A stretch of DNA of 54,230 nucleotides from a virus (taxonomy: Duplodnaviria; Caudoviricetes), in the IMG/VR virus record IMGVR_UViG_3300047554_000160, positions 1 through 54,230 of that record; one strand, 5' to 3'. The notes below the pieces were generated by a model. It was not told the origin of the DNA, ran no database searches, and saw only the letters and a list, made by a program, of their open reading frames with translations. The position numbers and the translations under genes are program-made. Shown one piece after another: positions 1 through 13,486 of the stretch. Each line of letters begins with the position of its first letter. Positions within the stretch are counted from its first letter, which is position 1.

Positions 1-10
1 GTAAATTAAA

Positions 11-1024
11 TTAGCAGTTTATGATGTTAAAAATTTTCGCTGTTGAACCGCTTCGCGGCTCCGCCGCTGGGTGGACAGGAACGGGCCCGACCGGAATCAT
101 GCGTTTAGCAGTTACTATGTCCGTAGTGCAGTGGCAGTTGTGCTGATGACAAATAACAGGAGTAGTGGGCCATTTTAATATGGGATCGCTCAGTCGTCCT
201 ATGTAACCGCCTTCTGCACAGTTACCCCTGCGATAACTGCCGTCATACTGCACAAACAGAGTGTCCAGGCCTATGTCACATTGCCAGCCTGGAAAATAGT
301 GTCGATCTTCAACTATCAGGCGAGTTGCCCAGGGTCCCGACACTCGTTCAGTAGAGCCATCCATATATACTGCTTGGGCACTGTATTCTAGCTTGGCATT
401 CTTGCCTTCGGGGTGCTTTTTAGGTCTGCTGTTCTCCAGCCATTCCAGCTGTTCGGCACTGTAGGTAACCGGTTTGCTGCCCCCACCCCAATTGACTATC
501 TTTACCGGTTCTATACCCAGATTTGTTTTTTCTAGTATTTTAAAGACTGCCAAACATTGGCTCCATCTATCAGGGTCCATCATGATACGAGCCGTAGTAT
601 GTGGTATTCTGCACTGTGTTTCCACAGCACGACCTACCCAAGACAGATCGTCAAATGCGGCATGATAGCTGAGACAGATATAGTCCGGGCGGCAGTCGTC
701 CCAATAGTGTCCTGCACGAACTCCGTTAGAAGTTAGCCCTACAGTATGTCCTCGATCTAGAAATAGATTGATTAGATCTTTAAGCCAGGGACTGACTGTA
801 GGTTCTCCGCCTGCAATACTTAACTGTATATTGGGATGTTGTTCCATTAGTTCTAGAGCAAATCGTTCGGCGTGCCGCCATTCATAATGATGATTCTTAC
901 CATTATGCAACATTGTAGGGCAATATCTACAATGATTGGTACAGATGTTGTTGATACACCAAGTCAGTTGAAATACCCGAGGTTTGTGGTTGCGTATTTC
1001 TATAAGATCAGCTTTGGTATTCAT
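11..1024 (-). CDS. Radical SAM protein with C-terminal SPASM/twitch-like Cys cluster
   Basis: CxxxCxxC (CTNHCRYC), GGEP motif, TSNG, C-terminal CDIG..DG..GNC..IG..C..C.C. Confidence 0.9.
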   Translation of the reverse strand: MNTKADLIEIRNHKPRVFQLTWCINNICTNHCRYCPTMLHNGKNHHYEWRHAERFALELMEQHPNIQLSIAGGEPTVSPWLKDLINLFLDRGHTVGLTSNGVRAGHYWDDCRPDYICLSYHAAFDDLSWVGRAVETQCRIPHTTARIMMDPDRWSQCLAVFKILEKTNLGIEPVKIVNWGGGSKPVTYSAEQLEWLENSRPKKHPEGKNAKLEYSAQAVYMDGSTERVSGPWATRLIVEDRHYFPGWQCDIGLDTLFVQYDGSYRRGNCAEGGYIGRLSDPILKWPTTPVICHQHNCHCTTDIVTAKRMIPVGPVPVHPAAEPRSGSTAKIFNIINC

Positions 1025-1030
1025 AGCTGA

Positions 1031-1059
1031 TATTTACTTCTTTAGACTTGGGCTAAATA
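1031..1059. promoter_or_regulatory. Divergent pair of T4-like late promoter boxes (TAAATA on - at 1031-1036, on + at 1054-1059)
   Basis: TAAATA core of the T4 late consensus TATAAATA; 6 nt from the radical SAM ATG; the + copy precedes the fibre gene. Confidence 0.65.
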
Positions 1060-1097
1060 TAGAAATTAGAGAACCCTTATCAGGATAACCTTGACCT

Positions 1098-6236
<5,139 letters not shown>

Positions 6237-6758
6237 TTAAATGAGTGAGAGCAGGATCTGCTCTTGCTCATACAGTACCTTTAGCTGATCTAGCGCCTCT
6301 CCATAGTACTTGGTTACACGAACTGCAAGGCCGCCTGCCTCTTTCCAGCCTTGACAATTATCAAGTCGGTCATCAACTAAGATATCACCAGGTTTGGTAT
6401 GATTGCGTTTGTCCTGACTATATGGACCAAAATGCACAGGAATATCTGGATAGCGCTCATGTGCCCACATTACTTTATCATAGTAGGCCCAATGGATATC
6501 ATTATAGTGCGGAACCGCAGTTAGAAATATCAATTCCCAACCTAGTTCATCACGAAACTTTCGAGCAAGTTCGACCAGCTCGTCGGCACGTTTCATTTTT
6601 GGTAGGTTACGGAATATTCGTTGATGGCTACGAATTTTTGCCCAGTCACTAGGCGGATAAGGTTTTTCTGGGTACTCAGAAACATATCCGACTAATTCGG
6701 CTGCACCTGCTTCCCAATCGGCTACAACGCCGTCCATGTCTAAGTAAATTGTTCTCAT
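6237..6758 (-). CDS. 5'(3')-deoxyribonucleotidase, HAD superfamily (NT5C-like)
   Basis: N-terminal YLDMDGVVAD motif I, FLTA motif II, K..ILVDD motif IV. Confidence 0.85.
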   Translation of the reverse strand: MRTIYLDMDGVVADWEAGAAELVGYVSEYPEKPYPPSDWAKIRSHQRIFRNLPKMKRADELVELARKFRDELGWELIFLTAVPHYNDIHWAYYDKVMWAHERYPDIPVHFGPYSQDKRNHTKPGDILVDDRLDNCQGWKEAGGLAVRVTKYYGEALDQLKVLYEQEQILLSLI

Positions 6759-6763
6759 AGTTT

Positions 6764-6791
6764 ATTATAGCATAAACTAAGAAAAAATCAA
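6764..6791 (-). promoter_or_regulatory. Sigma70-type promoter TTGATT-N16-TATAAT with extended -10 (TGC), 5 nt before the ATG
   Basis: Minus strand reads ttgattttttcttagtttaTGcTATAATaaactATG. Confidence 0.6.
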
Positions 6792-7474
6792 ATACTTAAT
6801 TGCTCATCTTTTAAATTGCGAACGGCGTCTATTAGCTTTCCTACATATCCGTCATTGCGTAGGCTTTTAAATGCAAGGTTGGCGGGATTCATTTCTCCGC
6901 TTTTATCTAGTCCTGCCTGCCGGAACGATCTCAGTAGATCTTTTACAGAGATACAGACGGAAAGTTCTCTAGTTGCTATTGCTTTGTCGATAATCCTTTC
7001 CCAAAGCTCAACTAATCTCATTACTTCTTTTTTATCGTATCCTGCCTTAATTGGTACTGGCTTTTTAAGCCATTCGCCGCGTACTACAGAGTAAGTAGAA
7101 CCAGTTACGGGCTCATCAACATCTTCTGCGTATAATTCTACAGGTACTCCGTGAATCGAAATATCGTGAGTTGAACGCCATAAATCTCTTTTAGTTTTAA
7201 ACAGTTGATCTATTCCCATATCACACTTAACTTTGTCATACGGAACAACAAGATGTAGATCTAGATCGGAATATTTGGTGTAGTTAAAATTTGCTTGACT
7301 ACCTGTAATAATAACATCCATTAATGTTACATTGATATCTAAAAATTTATAGTACTCTTTAGCAATCTTTAGTAACGCTACTCGAACATCAGATCGTAGG
7401 TGTTCCCCGTCCCAAATGTCTGGATTTAGTGTATTATGGATATCAATAGGATCAGTGAATTCAACAACGCTCAT
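6788..7474 (-). CDS. Pol-beta-superfamily nucleotidyltransferase
   Basis: hG[S] plus DxD signature: IITGSQANFNYTKYSDLDLHL; third acidic residue in VELY. Confidence 0.8.
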   Translation of the reverse strand: MSVVEFTDPIDIHNTLNPDIWDGEHLRSDVRVALLKIAKEYYKFLDINVTLMDVIITGSQANFNYTKYSDLDLHLVVPYDKVKCDMGIDQLFKTKRDLWRSTHDISIHGVPVELYAEDVDEPVTGSTYSVVRGEWLKKPVPIKAGYDKKEVMRLVELWERIIDKAIATRELSVCISVKDLLRSFRQAGLDKSGEMNPANLAFKSLRNDGYVGKLIDAVRNLKDEQLSI

Positions 7475-7480
7475 ACCATT

Positions 7481-7498
7481 TATTTATTTTAGTAAATA
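7481..7498. promoter_or_regulatory. Back-to-back TAAATA late-promoter boxes for the NTase (-) and YqgE/AlgH (+) genes
   Basis: TATTTA 7481-7486 is 6 nt from the CAT ending at 7474; TAAATA 7493-7498 is 5 nt from the ATG at 7504. Confidence 0.7.
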
Positions 7499-7503
7499 TC
7501 TGA

Positions 7504-8061
7504 ATGAGTAATAGTAGTTTAGCAGGACATATTTTAGTATCGCAACCTAGGAGCGAGGATCCTTATTTTTCTAAAAGTGTTATATTAGTAGCCAAGCACG
7601 GCCCACAGGGTGCATGGGGTATTATGATTAATAAATCAACACCTAACTTAACATTAGGCACAATAATGCAGGCAGTAGGGATTGATTCAAATAAACAGGA
7701 TAGAGTTTATGTTGGAGGGCCTGTAGATACACATAGAGTATTCATTGTTCATAGTATGGACTGGCAAAGTCACAATACTATACAGGTTACTAGAGATATA
7801 GGAATAACGAACGAGATGCAGGTGTTAGCCGCAATTAGCACCGGAGAAGGTCCTGCACTATATAGGACCTGCGTAGGAAGTGCAGGATGGGGACCGGGAC
7901 AATTAGACGGTGAATATAGAGGAGAGCCACCCTGGAAAACGGCAAATAGATGGCTAGATGCTCCTGCTACCATAGAATCTGTGTTTAGCCTTAGTCAGGA
8001 TGATCAATGGCAAAAGTGCATTGAATTAGTTGCACAACACAAAGTTTCTTCCTGGCTTTAA
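7504..8061 (+). CDS. YqgE/AlgH (DUF179) family protein
   Basis: L.G..LV..P...DPYF.KSVIL...H...GA.G..INK; VYVGGPV; G.AGWGPGQL..E; W. Confidence 0.88.
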   Translation: MSNSSLAGHILVSQPRSEDPYFSKSVILVAKHGPQGAWGIMINKSTPNLTLGTIMQAVGIDSNKQDRVYVGGPVDTHRVFIVHSMDWQSHNTIQVTRDIGITNEMQVLAAISTGEGPALYRTCVGSAGWGPGQLDGEYRGEPPWKTANRWLDAPATIESVFSLSQDDQWQKCIELVAQHKVSSWL

Positions 8062-9503
8062 TCCTTTTCCGGACTAAAACTACTTAAAATATCCCTAACA
8101 CTTCTCATTGTAGGTTGTGCCTGTTTAGGTTTAGGCGCAGACAAACCTTTAGTCATATCAATTTCACCAGTTTCTGGATCTACATTAGTAGCAGTTACAA
8201 CACTGGTCTTTTTCAATCCGTCGATTAGCGCATTACTGGCCGCACTACGCTGTTGGCTAAAACTATTTTCTTCTTCGTCTCCAAGATCTTTGATTCTAAG
8301 ACTGTCGATATCAAATTCTAAGTCAAGTTTTTGTCCAACACCCGATGACGAACGTGTCTTCATAAACTGAATTTGATAACGTCCTCGCTCACGCATAGCA
8401 CGACTGGTAAAGATACCAATAACGTTGTCAGCAGTTTGAATCTTACTTAAACCGCCCGAAATGTGACTGTGATCGAATTCAACTTCTTCAACGGCAGCAC
8501 GGTTTAACTGAGCGGCAGTTACTACTACACATTGAGTTTCCATAGCTAGGTTACGCAACTCTTCCGAAACATATTTGTCTTTAACAAACAGGTCACTAGG
8601 GCTAACTTTAACACTTAATGGCATCATTAAGTCTAGGTAATCAACTAATAGAACATCTGGCTTCTTACCTGTTTTAACTTGATATTCTTTTAGGTAAGAT
8701 CTCAAATCATTACAGTTTTTGCCGGATGGTAGATACTTGATCTGCATTCCGCCTGCACGTTTGCCTGTAAGTTTAACCTTCATTTCAACATCATCAAGAT
8801 TCTTAAAGATGTCTTTTGATGCCACACCGGTTAGCATACTATCCACACGCATACCTACTAACTCTTCACTAAGTTCGAAGGTAAAGTAAATGACATTTAA
8901 GCCTGCGAGAGCAAAATTAACACCAAGATTAGCCAAGAACAAGCTCTTACCACCGCCCGAGCCAGCACACCAAATATTGAGTTCGCCTCGCTTGAAACCT
9001 CCATAGAGTTTCTTATCGATACTAGGGTATCCAGTAGATATTTGACCATTATTATCTTTCAATTTCATTAAACGAGCACGGGGATCTGCCCAGTAGTCTG
9101 TGCCCATGTCTTTGTTTAGACTAATCTGAATAGCGTCCTTGATTAGTTTTTCAACTGGACTGTATTCTCCCTTTTCCAGCATGTCTGCTGACTTTAGAAT
9201 AGCACGTTCCAATCCTTTGTGCCTACTAAAGTTTTCAAACTCATCCATTAACCAATCATAGTTTTCTTTGGGTAATGTTACAGATTGAAAGTCAGTTTGA
9301 CATGAAGCATTAACAATACTAACTTCAGGCATGACCTTGTAATCATCTACATACTTTGTGATGAAAGAGGATGCATCTTGGTATCTCTTGTCAAAGTTCT
9401 CTGGGTCAAAAATATTTTGACATCGAACAAAAGTCTCTGCATCGGATAGGAACATCTCTAAATAGAGTTTTTGCATGTCTGCGTTATAGTTAGGTTTCGT
9501 CAT
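8058..9503 (-). CDS. Replicative DNA helicase, DnaB/T4 gp41-like
   Basis: Walker A AGSGGGKS, FTFELSE, Walker B VDYLDL, AAQLNR, KTRSS; next to primase. Confidence 0.92.
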   Translation of the reverse strand: MTKPNYNADMQKLYLEMFLSDAETFVRCQNIFDPENFDKRYQDASSFITKYVDDYKVMPEVSIVNASCQTDFQSVTLPKENYDWLMDEFENFSRHKGLERAILKSADMLEKGEYSPVEKLIKDAIQISLNKDMGTDYWADPRARLMKLKDNNGQISTGYPSIDKKLYGGFKRGELNIWCAGSGGGKSLFLANLGVNFALAGLNVIYFTFELSEELVGMRVDSMLTGVASKDIFKNLDDVEMKVKLTGKRAGGMQIKYLPSGKNCNDLRSYLKEYQVKTGKKPDVLLVDYLDLMMPLSVKVSPSDLFVKDKYVSEELRNLAMETQCVVVTAAQLNRAAVEEVEFDHSHISGGLSKIQTADNVIGIFTSRAMRERGRYQIQFMKTRSSSGVGQKLDLEFDIDSLRIKDLGDEEENSFSQQRSAASNALIDGLKKTSVVTATNVDPETGEIDMTKGLSAPKPKQAQPTMRSVRDILSSFSPEKD

Positions 9504-10488
9504 CTTCTAGTGCTTCTAATTTCTTTTGATATAGTTTTATTTTTATCTCGTTAGTCTCTACATAGTGCAGAATACTGAATAAAGTATAAAGCCTGCCGTA
9601 TTTTTTTACAGCATCCGCAGAGTCCTTTATGTCGTCTTCCCACTGCGGTATCGACACTGCCCAGCCTTGTTCGAGTGCATATTGCACTAACTTAGCGCCA
9701 GGCTTATCTCTGTCAGGCAGTACAATAACTTTCTTGCCAAGGCGATTAATCCTAGCAATCTGAGTAGTGTTGGGCTCGTTAGTCATAATTGCCACGCCAT
9801 CTATAGCAATAGCATCAAATTGGCCTTCAACTACAATTACATATTCTCTAGAGTCAGTCTGGCGATCAACATTGAATACATATCCGCTTTGACTGTCTGT
9901 GAGGTATTTGGGCTTACCAGGTTTGATTTTACGCCCAGTATAGCCCACTACCACTCCGTCCTGATAGAAAGGGATCATCACTCGATCGCGGTACCCGTTT
10001 TCACTAGACCACATCCAAGGATACCAGTCAAGTTCCATTCCTCTACCAGTAAGATAATCAACTACTGCTATTACTTCATCATTTGGCTCAGCCTCCAGCC
10101 ATTCTAATATTGACCTACAGTCTCCCGGCAAAGTTCTGGGCTCTTGATGAAAGTTAATAGTGGGTTTAGCCACTGGTTGATCCTCTTTGGATCGCAATGC
10201 CTCAAGATTCAGTTTATTAATTTCATCACTTGGCATTCCCATCCAGTTGAATAAGCTCTTGGTATTCTTACTTAACAACCTTCCGGGTGTCCAGCCTGCT
10301 TTGAATCCACAGTTAAAACAATGATATTGGAATCCTTCGTTGCTGAACAGCACGCCACCACGCTTTCTTGTATCTTGATGATCTCCATTGTGATGGCAAC
10401 AGACTGCGTTAAAACTTATCCAGCCGCTAGGAGTTGTCTTCCTTTTAGGAGGCAAGAAAGTTTGTACGGAAGCCTGTATGAGATTCAT
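9490..10488 (-). CDS. DNA primase, T4 gp61-like (Zn finger plus Toprim)
   Basis: CC..H / HCFNCG zinc ribbon; IPF...G.VVGY.GR; KYL; VVEGQFDA; PDRDKPG; KDSAD. Confidence 0.92.
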   Translation of the reverse strand: MNLIQASVQTFLPPKRKTTPSGWISFNAVCCHHNGDHQDTRKRGGVLFSNEGFQYHCFNCGFKAGWTPGRLLSKNTKSLFNWMGMPSDEINKLNLEALRSKEDQPVAKPTINFHQEPRTLPGDCRSILEWLEAEPNDEVIAVVDYLTGRGMELDWYPWMWSSENGYRDRVMIPFYQDGVVVGYTGRKIKPGKPKYLTDSQSGYVFNVDRQTDSREYVIVVEGQFDAIAIDGVAIMTNEPNTTQIARINRLGKKVIVLPDRDKPGAKLVQYALEQGWAVSIPQWEDDIKDSADAVKKYGRLYTLFSILHYVETNEIKIKLYQKKLEALEDDET

Positions 10489-10494
10489 ACATAT

Positions 10495-10523
10495 AGTTTA
10501 GCTTCGCACAATTAACTTGTCAA
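10495..10523 (-). promoter_or_regulatory. Sigma70-type early promoter TTGACA-N17-TAAACT, 6 nt before the primase ATG
   Basis: Perfect -35 at 10518-10523, 17-bp spacer, -10 at 10495-10500. Confidence 0.7.
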
Positions 10524-11616
10524 TTTTTCCGTTAGGATAATAAGCCGTTCCGGGAGTAGGATTGCCCGGCATTTCAGGACTGTAGAAGTTTAATAGTCCG
10601 GGAAGATCGGAATTGTCTGGGTACCATTTAACACGAACATCACTCCAAGTTCCTTCGGCGTTGGCATAATCAACGCCGGTGAAGTTGGTATAAGTTTTGG
10701 TTTCTAAAGTTGCATAGTTACCGAAGTTCGAAGGAGCATTATCCAATGTTGCCTGCACTTCTACGGTTCCTGTATAGTTGGTAAAGTACATGGCAACGGT
10801 AGTCAATTGACTGGCTTCTGGATTAGCACGTAGGTTGCCGGAGTAAAATTCGTATCGGTTAGGTTCTACATCTCTATTGGCAAAATACTTGAAAGAAGTT
10901 GTTTCAATACCTGCACTTAATACTGGAACAAGATCGCCGGCTAGTCTTGCAGTGCCGTCGATACTGTAGTAGGTATTTGAATATGCAGGTAATCTTTCTC
11001 CGTCGCTATCTGCTAGTGTAACTGAAAACTTATAGTAACTGTTATGCAGTTCTCTTGTGTCGTTATCTGATAAAGATAGCAATGCAATACCTCTGGTTGC
11101 AGTTGTGACACCATCGTCTATAACCTCAAGTGTTTTCTGGACAACCATTCTATTTTGCTCAGCGTCGAACATTGAAAATACAAAATTATGATTGAAAGTA
11201 ATTGAGGTGCCTGAATTGATGTCTGTAGTAATAGGAGATAAAAACTGGTCTAAGTCAGCATCGTATAGGGGATCTAAGTTGCTAAGAGTTAAGGTATTCG
11301 AATCAATTGCAGAAATATAAGTACCGGCAGAAACATTATCGCTATTAACTGACATGCCTAGCTGAACATTGGATGCATCGGATACTACAAGAACATTGGA
11401 TGCAGATGTTGCAGTTCCTACAGTTTCTGTGGATGCTAGTACCCTGACACGTTTTTGATCAGAGTTCATAAACTGAATTTGCACTTTGTTCTTCATGCCT
11501 CTCTGAAGTTTAAGTTCGCGTTGGTACATAACGTTATTTGTCCTTTTCTCGTAGTCGTCCAAATCTAATTGTACAGTTAGTAAATTGGAGTATAAATAGA
11601 CTGGTAATTTCTGCAT
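10498..11616 (-). CDS. Hypothetical, probably virion structural beta-sandwich protein (start revised to MQKLPVY)
   Basis: TAAATA 5 nt upstream of the ATG at 11616; S/T/V-rich beta-strand composition. Confidence 0.55.
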   Translation of the reverse strand: MQKLPVYLYSNLLTVQLDLDDYEKRTNNVMYQRELKLQRGMKNKVQIQFMNSDQKRVRVLASTETVGTATSASNVLVVSDASNVQLGMSVNSDNVSAGTYISAIDSNTLTLSNLDPLYDADLDQFLSPITTDINSGTSITFNHNFVFSMFDAEQNRMVVQKTLEVIDDGVTTATRGIALLSLSDNDTRELHNSYYKFSVTLADSDGERLPAYSNTYYSIDGTARLAGDLVPVLSAGIETTSFKYFANRDVEPNRYEFYSGNLRANPEASQLTTVAMYFTNYTGTVEVQATLDNAPSNFGNYATLETKTYTNFTGVDYANAEGTWSDVRVKWYPDNSDLPGLLNFYSPEMPGNPTPGTAYYPNGKIDKLIVRS

Positions 11617-11627
11617 AGATATATTTA
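11591..11627. promoter_or_regulatory. Opposed late promoters: perfect TATAAATA (+, 11591-11598) and TAAATA (-, 11622-11627)
   Basis: Exact T4 late consensus upstream of the 11633 ORF; the minus copy is 5 nt from the ATG at 11616. Confidence 0.65.
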
Positions 11628-11632
11628 TTGTA

Positions 11633-12016
11633 ATGACCAGCAAGGACGAGTTTCAGAAAAAATTTCCGTTTATAACGTGTATTAAAACGTCAGAAAACGA
11701 GTATTTAGGCATCATTGTGAATCACGATGACAATGTCACCAGCATATACAACTATGCAGACATACGGACCGAAACACAAAAGCAACTATTCTTAGAAATG
11801 GGCGAAGTGTGGTGGTGGGAAAGTAATAGGAAAATTCCTATTAACATTTTCCTAAAATCGGAGATGATCGACTTCCGTCCGTTTATTAAGACATTTAACA
11901 GCAAGGACGTAGAAGTACTATTTGGACCTATAGTAAATCTAGGCGAAATTGCAGAAAAACGAGTTAAACGTAAAAGTATTCAGTTAGTTAGAAGTGTTAA
12001 GCGAAAGGGTAGCTAA
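11633..12016 (+). CDS. Hypothetical protein (127 aa, basic C-terminus)
   Basis: Clean ORF with an upstream TATAAATA; overlaps the 3' end of the mini-DnaE by 20 nt. Confidence 0.65.
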   Translation: MTSKDEFQKKFPFITCIKTSENEYLGIIVNHDDNVTSIYNYADIRTETQKQLFLEMGEVWWWESNRKIPINIFLKSEMIDFRPFIKTFNSKDVEVLFGPIVNLGEIAEKRVKRKSIQLVRSVKRKGS

Positions 12017-12575
12017 CGCTTTCACATAACAGGTTAAGTTGAACTACAATTACATGAGCATAAGCAATAGCATGAGCCTTCTTAAAGAAATAAGCATCAT
12101 CCGTTTTAGTCCATATCTCTTGCTTGATACCTTGGAAGCCTTCTTTTTCACATACTGGGATGAGATGCTTTTTGCCGGGTCTGAGCAGCGCAAGGAACAT
12201 GGCTAAGTCCTCAATTGATCTAGGCTTTAGTTTAGCAATCAGTTGATGATATCCATTAATATGAAACATTTGATCACAGACTGCCTGGTCCTCTAACAAG
12301 TCCCATAACGGTTCAACACCTAATAGATGTTTAAGGTGTTCCTCATTCTTAACACCATTGTAGGCATTGACATTTAAAAAGTCAATTTTAAAGTAACCCC
12401 TATCCTCTGCTTCTTTATAGTTGATGTTTGCAAGCCCGGTTAAGGGATTCTGCGGAATAACATGACAATATACACCTGTGTTATGCTTCTTCCCATCTTC
12501 AAGACTGGCGGGAACATGATCGATTATATCAAGAATAGAAGACCTGTTTAAAAAGTCAATATCGATATCAGGCAA
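11997..12575 (-). CDS. Miniature DNA polymerase III alpha (DnaE, family C) catalytic-core protein
   Basis: PDIDIDF, KHNTGVY, GYFKIDFL, LKPRSIEDLAMFLALLRPG and YFFKKAHAIAYA match DnaE palm/finger motifs in order; TTG start with AAGGAG RBS. Confidence 0.8.
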   Translation of the reverse strand: MPDIDIDFLNRSSILDIIDHVPASLEDGKKHNTGVYCHVIPQNPLTGLANINYKEAEDRGYFKIDFLNVNAYNGVKNEEHLKHLLGVEPLWDLLEDQAVCDQMFHINGYHQLIAKLKPRSIEDLAMFLALLRPGKKHLIPVCEKEGFQGIKQEIWTKTDDAYFFKKAHAIAYAHVIVVQLNLLCESVSYPFA

Positions 12576-13263
12576 TTCCTGTCTCCTTACAAACTTCTTT
12601 TACAAATGCAACATCTGCTGGTTGATCTTTAAATTTTTTTGACCAAAATGCAAAGTCTAGAATTTGATTAACTAGATCTAATTGTTCATCATTGAACTTT
12701 CGCATGAGCTCAACTCCGCTGGCGCTGTTTAATACTAACCACGGACTAACTTTGCCATCACGAATATGATGCACTGCTCTATTGAGATTTACATAACTGA
12801 AGTAATGTGCAAAGTTTGCATTTTGCTCTTCGCCCCACTCCATCATATATTGCAGACTGCGTTCAACTGCACTTTCCACTGGTTCGATTTTAATTAAGTC
12901 AGACAGATATTGTTCATATAGAGAATCTCTGCACCAATGATCGAGTTTAACTCCGCTTTTGATTACAAAGTCAATAAATCGTTCTGGATACAGCGGATCT
13001 ACGTTGTTGATAAAGCTGCCAAATTTTACAAAGGCATTATAGTATGCGCTCTTACAAAAATCAGTATATGACTTTTGCTTCTTGGCGTTTTGTGTCAGCT
13101 GATAAAATCTGTTATAGGCGAAGAAACCCATCTGAACACGTTTCTCGTCTTTTTGCAAGACTCGACGTTTTTGTTCGCACATGTGCGCAACAAGCGTTTT
13201 TTCTTTCATAAACATCTTGCCGCAATGAACACACTTAAATGGCTGATCCACTAAATCAATCAT
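12568..13263 (-). CDS. Hypothetical protein with N-terminal C2H2/C2HC-type zinc finger
   Basis: FKCVHCGKMFMKEKTLVAHMC; helical remainder; overlaps the mini-DnaE start. Confidence 0.65.
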   Translation of the reverse strand: MIDLVDQPFKCVHCGKMFMKEKTLVAHMCEQKRRVLQKDEKRVQMGFFAYNRFYQLTQNAKKQKSYTDFCKSAYYNAFVKFGSFINNVDPLYPERFIDFVIKSGVKLDHWCRDSLYEQYLSDLIKIEPVESAVERSLQYMMEWGEEQNANFAHYFSYVNLNRAVHHIRDGKVSPWLVLNSASGVELMRKFNDEQLDLVNQILDFAFWSKKFKDQPADVAFVKEVCKETGIA

Positions 13264-13486
13264 CTTTTTCAACGCCGTATTTTTTAACCATTCGATACAA
13301 GGGATCTTGTTCGATAATTAAAAGTCTTTCAGGAAATCTTATTGCTTGTTTGCTGTCGTCAAGATAAATTTTGCCATCTGCAATTTTAGTAACAGTACAG
13401 ATATCTAATTTAGGACTCTTGCCCCACATAACTGCTCTTGCAACTTTACAGCCTTCATTAAAGGCAAAACCTTTCATGTCTTTCAT
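13256..13486 (-). CDS. Small hypothetical protein (SH3/KOW-like beta pattern)
   Basis: 76-aa ORF overlapping both neighbours; D.KG..F..GCKVA...TVTKI.DGKIY. Confidence 0.55.
   Translation of the reverse strand: MKDMKGFAFNEGCKVARAVMWGKSPKLDICTVTKIADGKIYLDDSKQAIRFPERLLIIEQDPLYRMVKKYGVEKDD

Noticed and set aside
11364-11404. 14-bp direct repeat GAACATTGGATGCA
   Set aside because: Only two copies, in frame within a coding region (ASNV twice); explained by a local peptide duplication.
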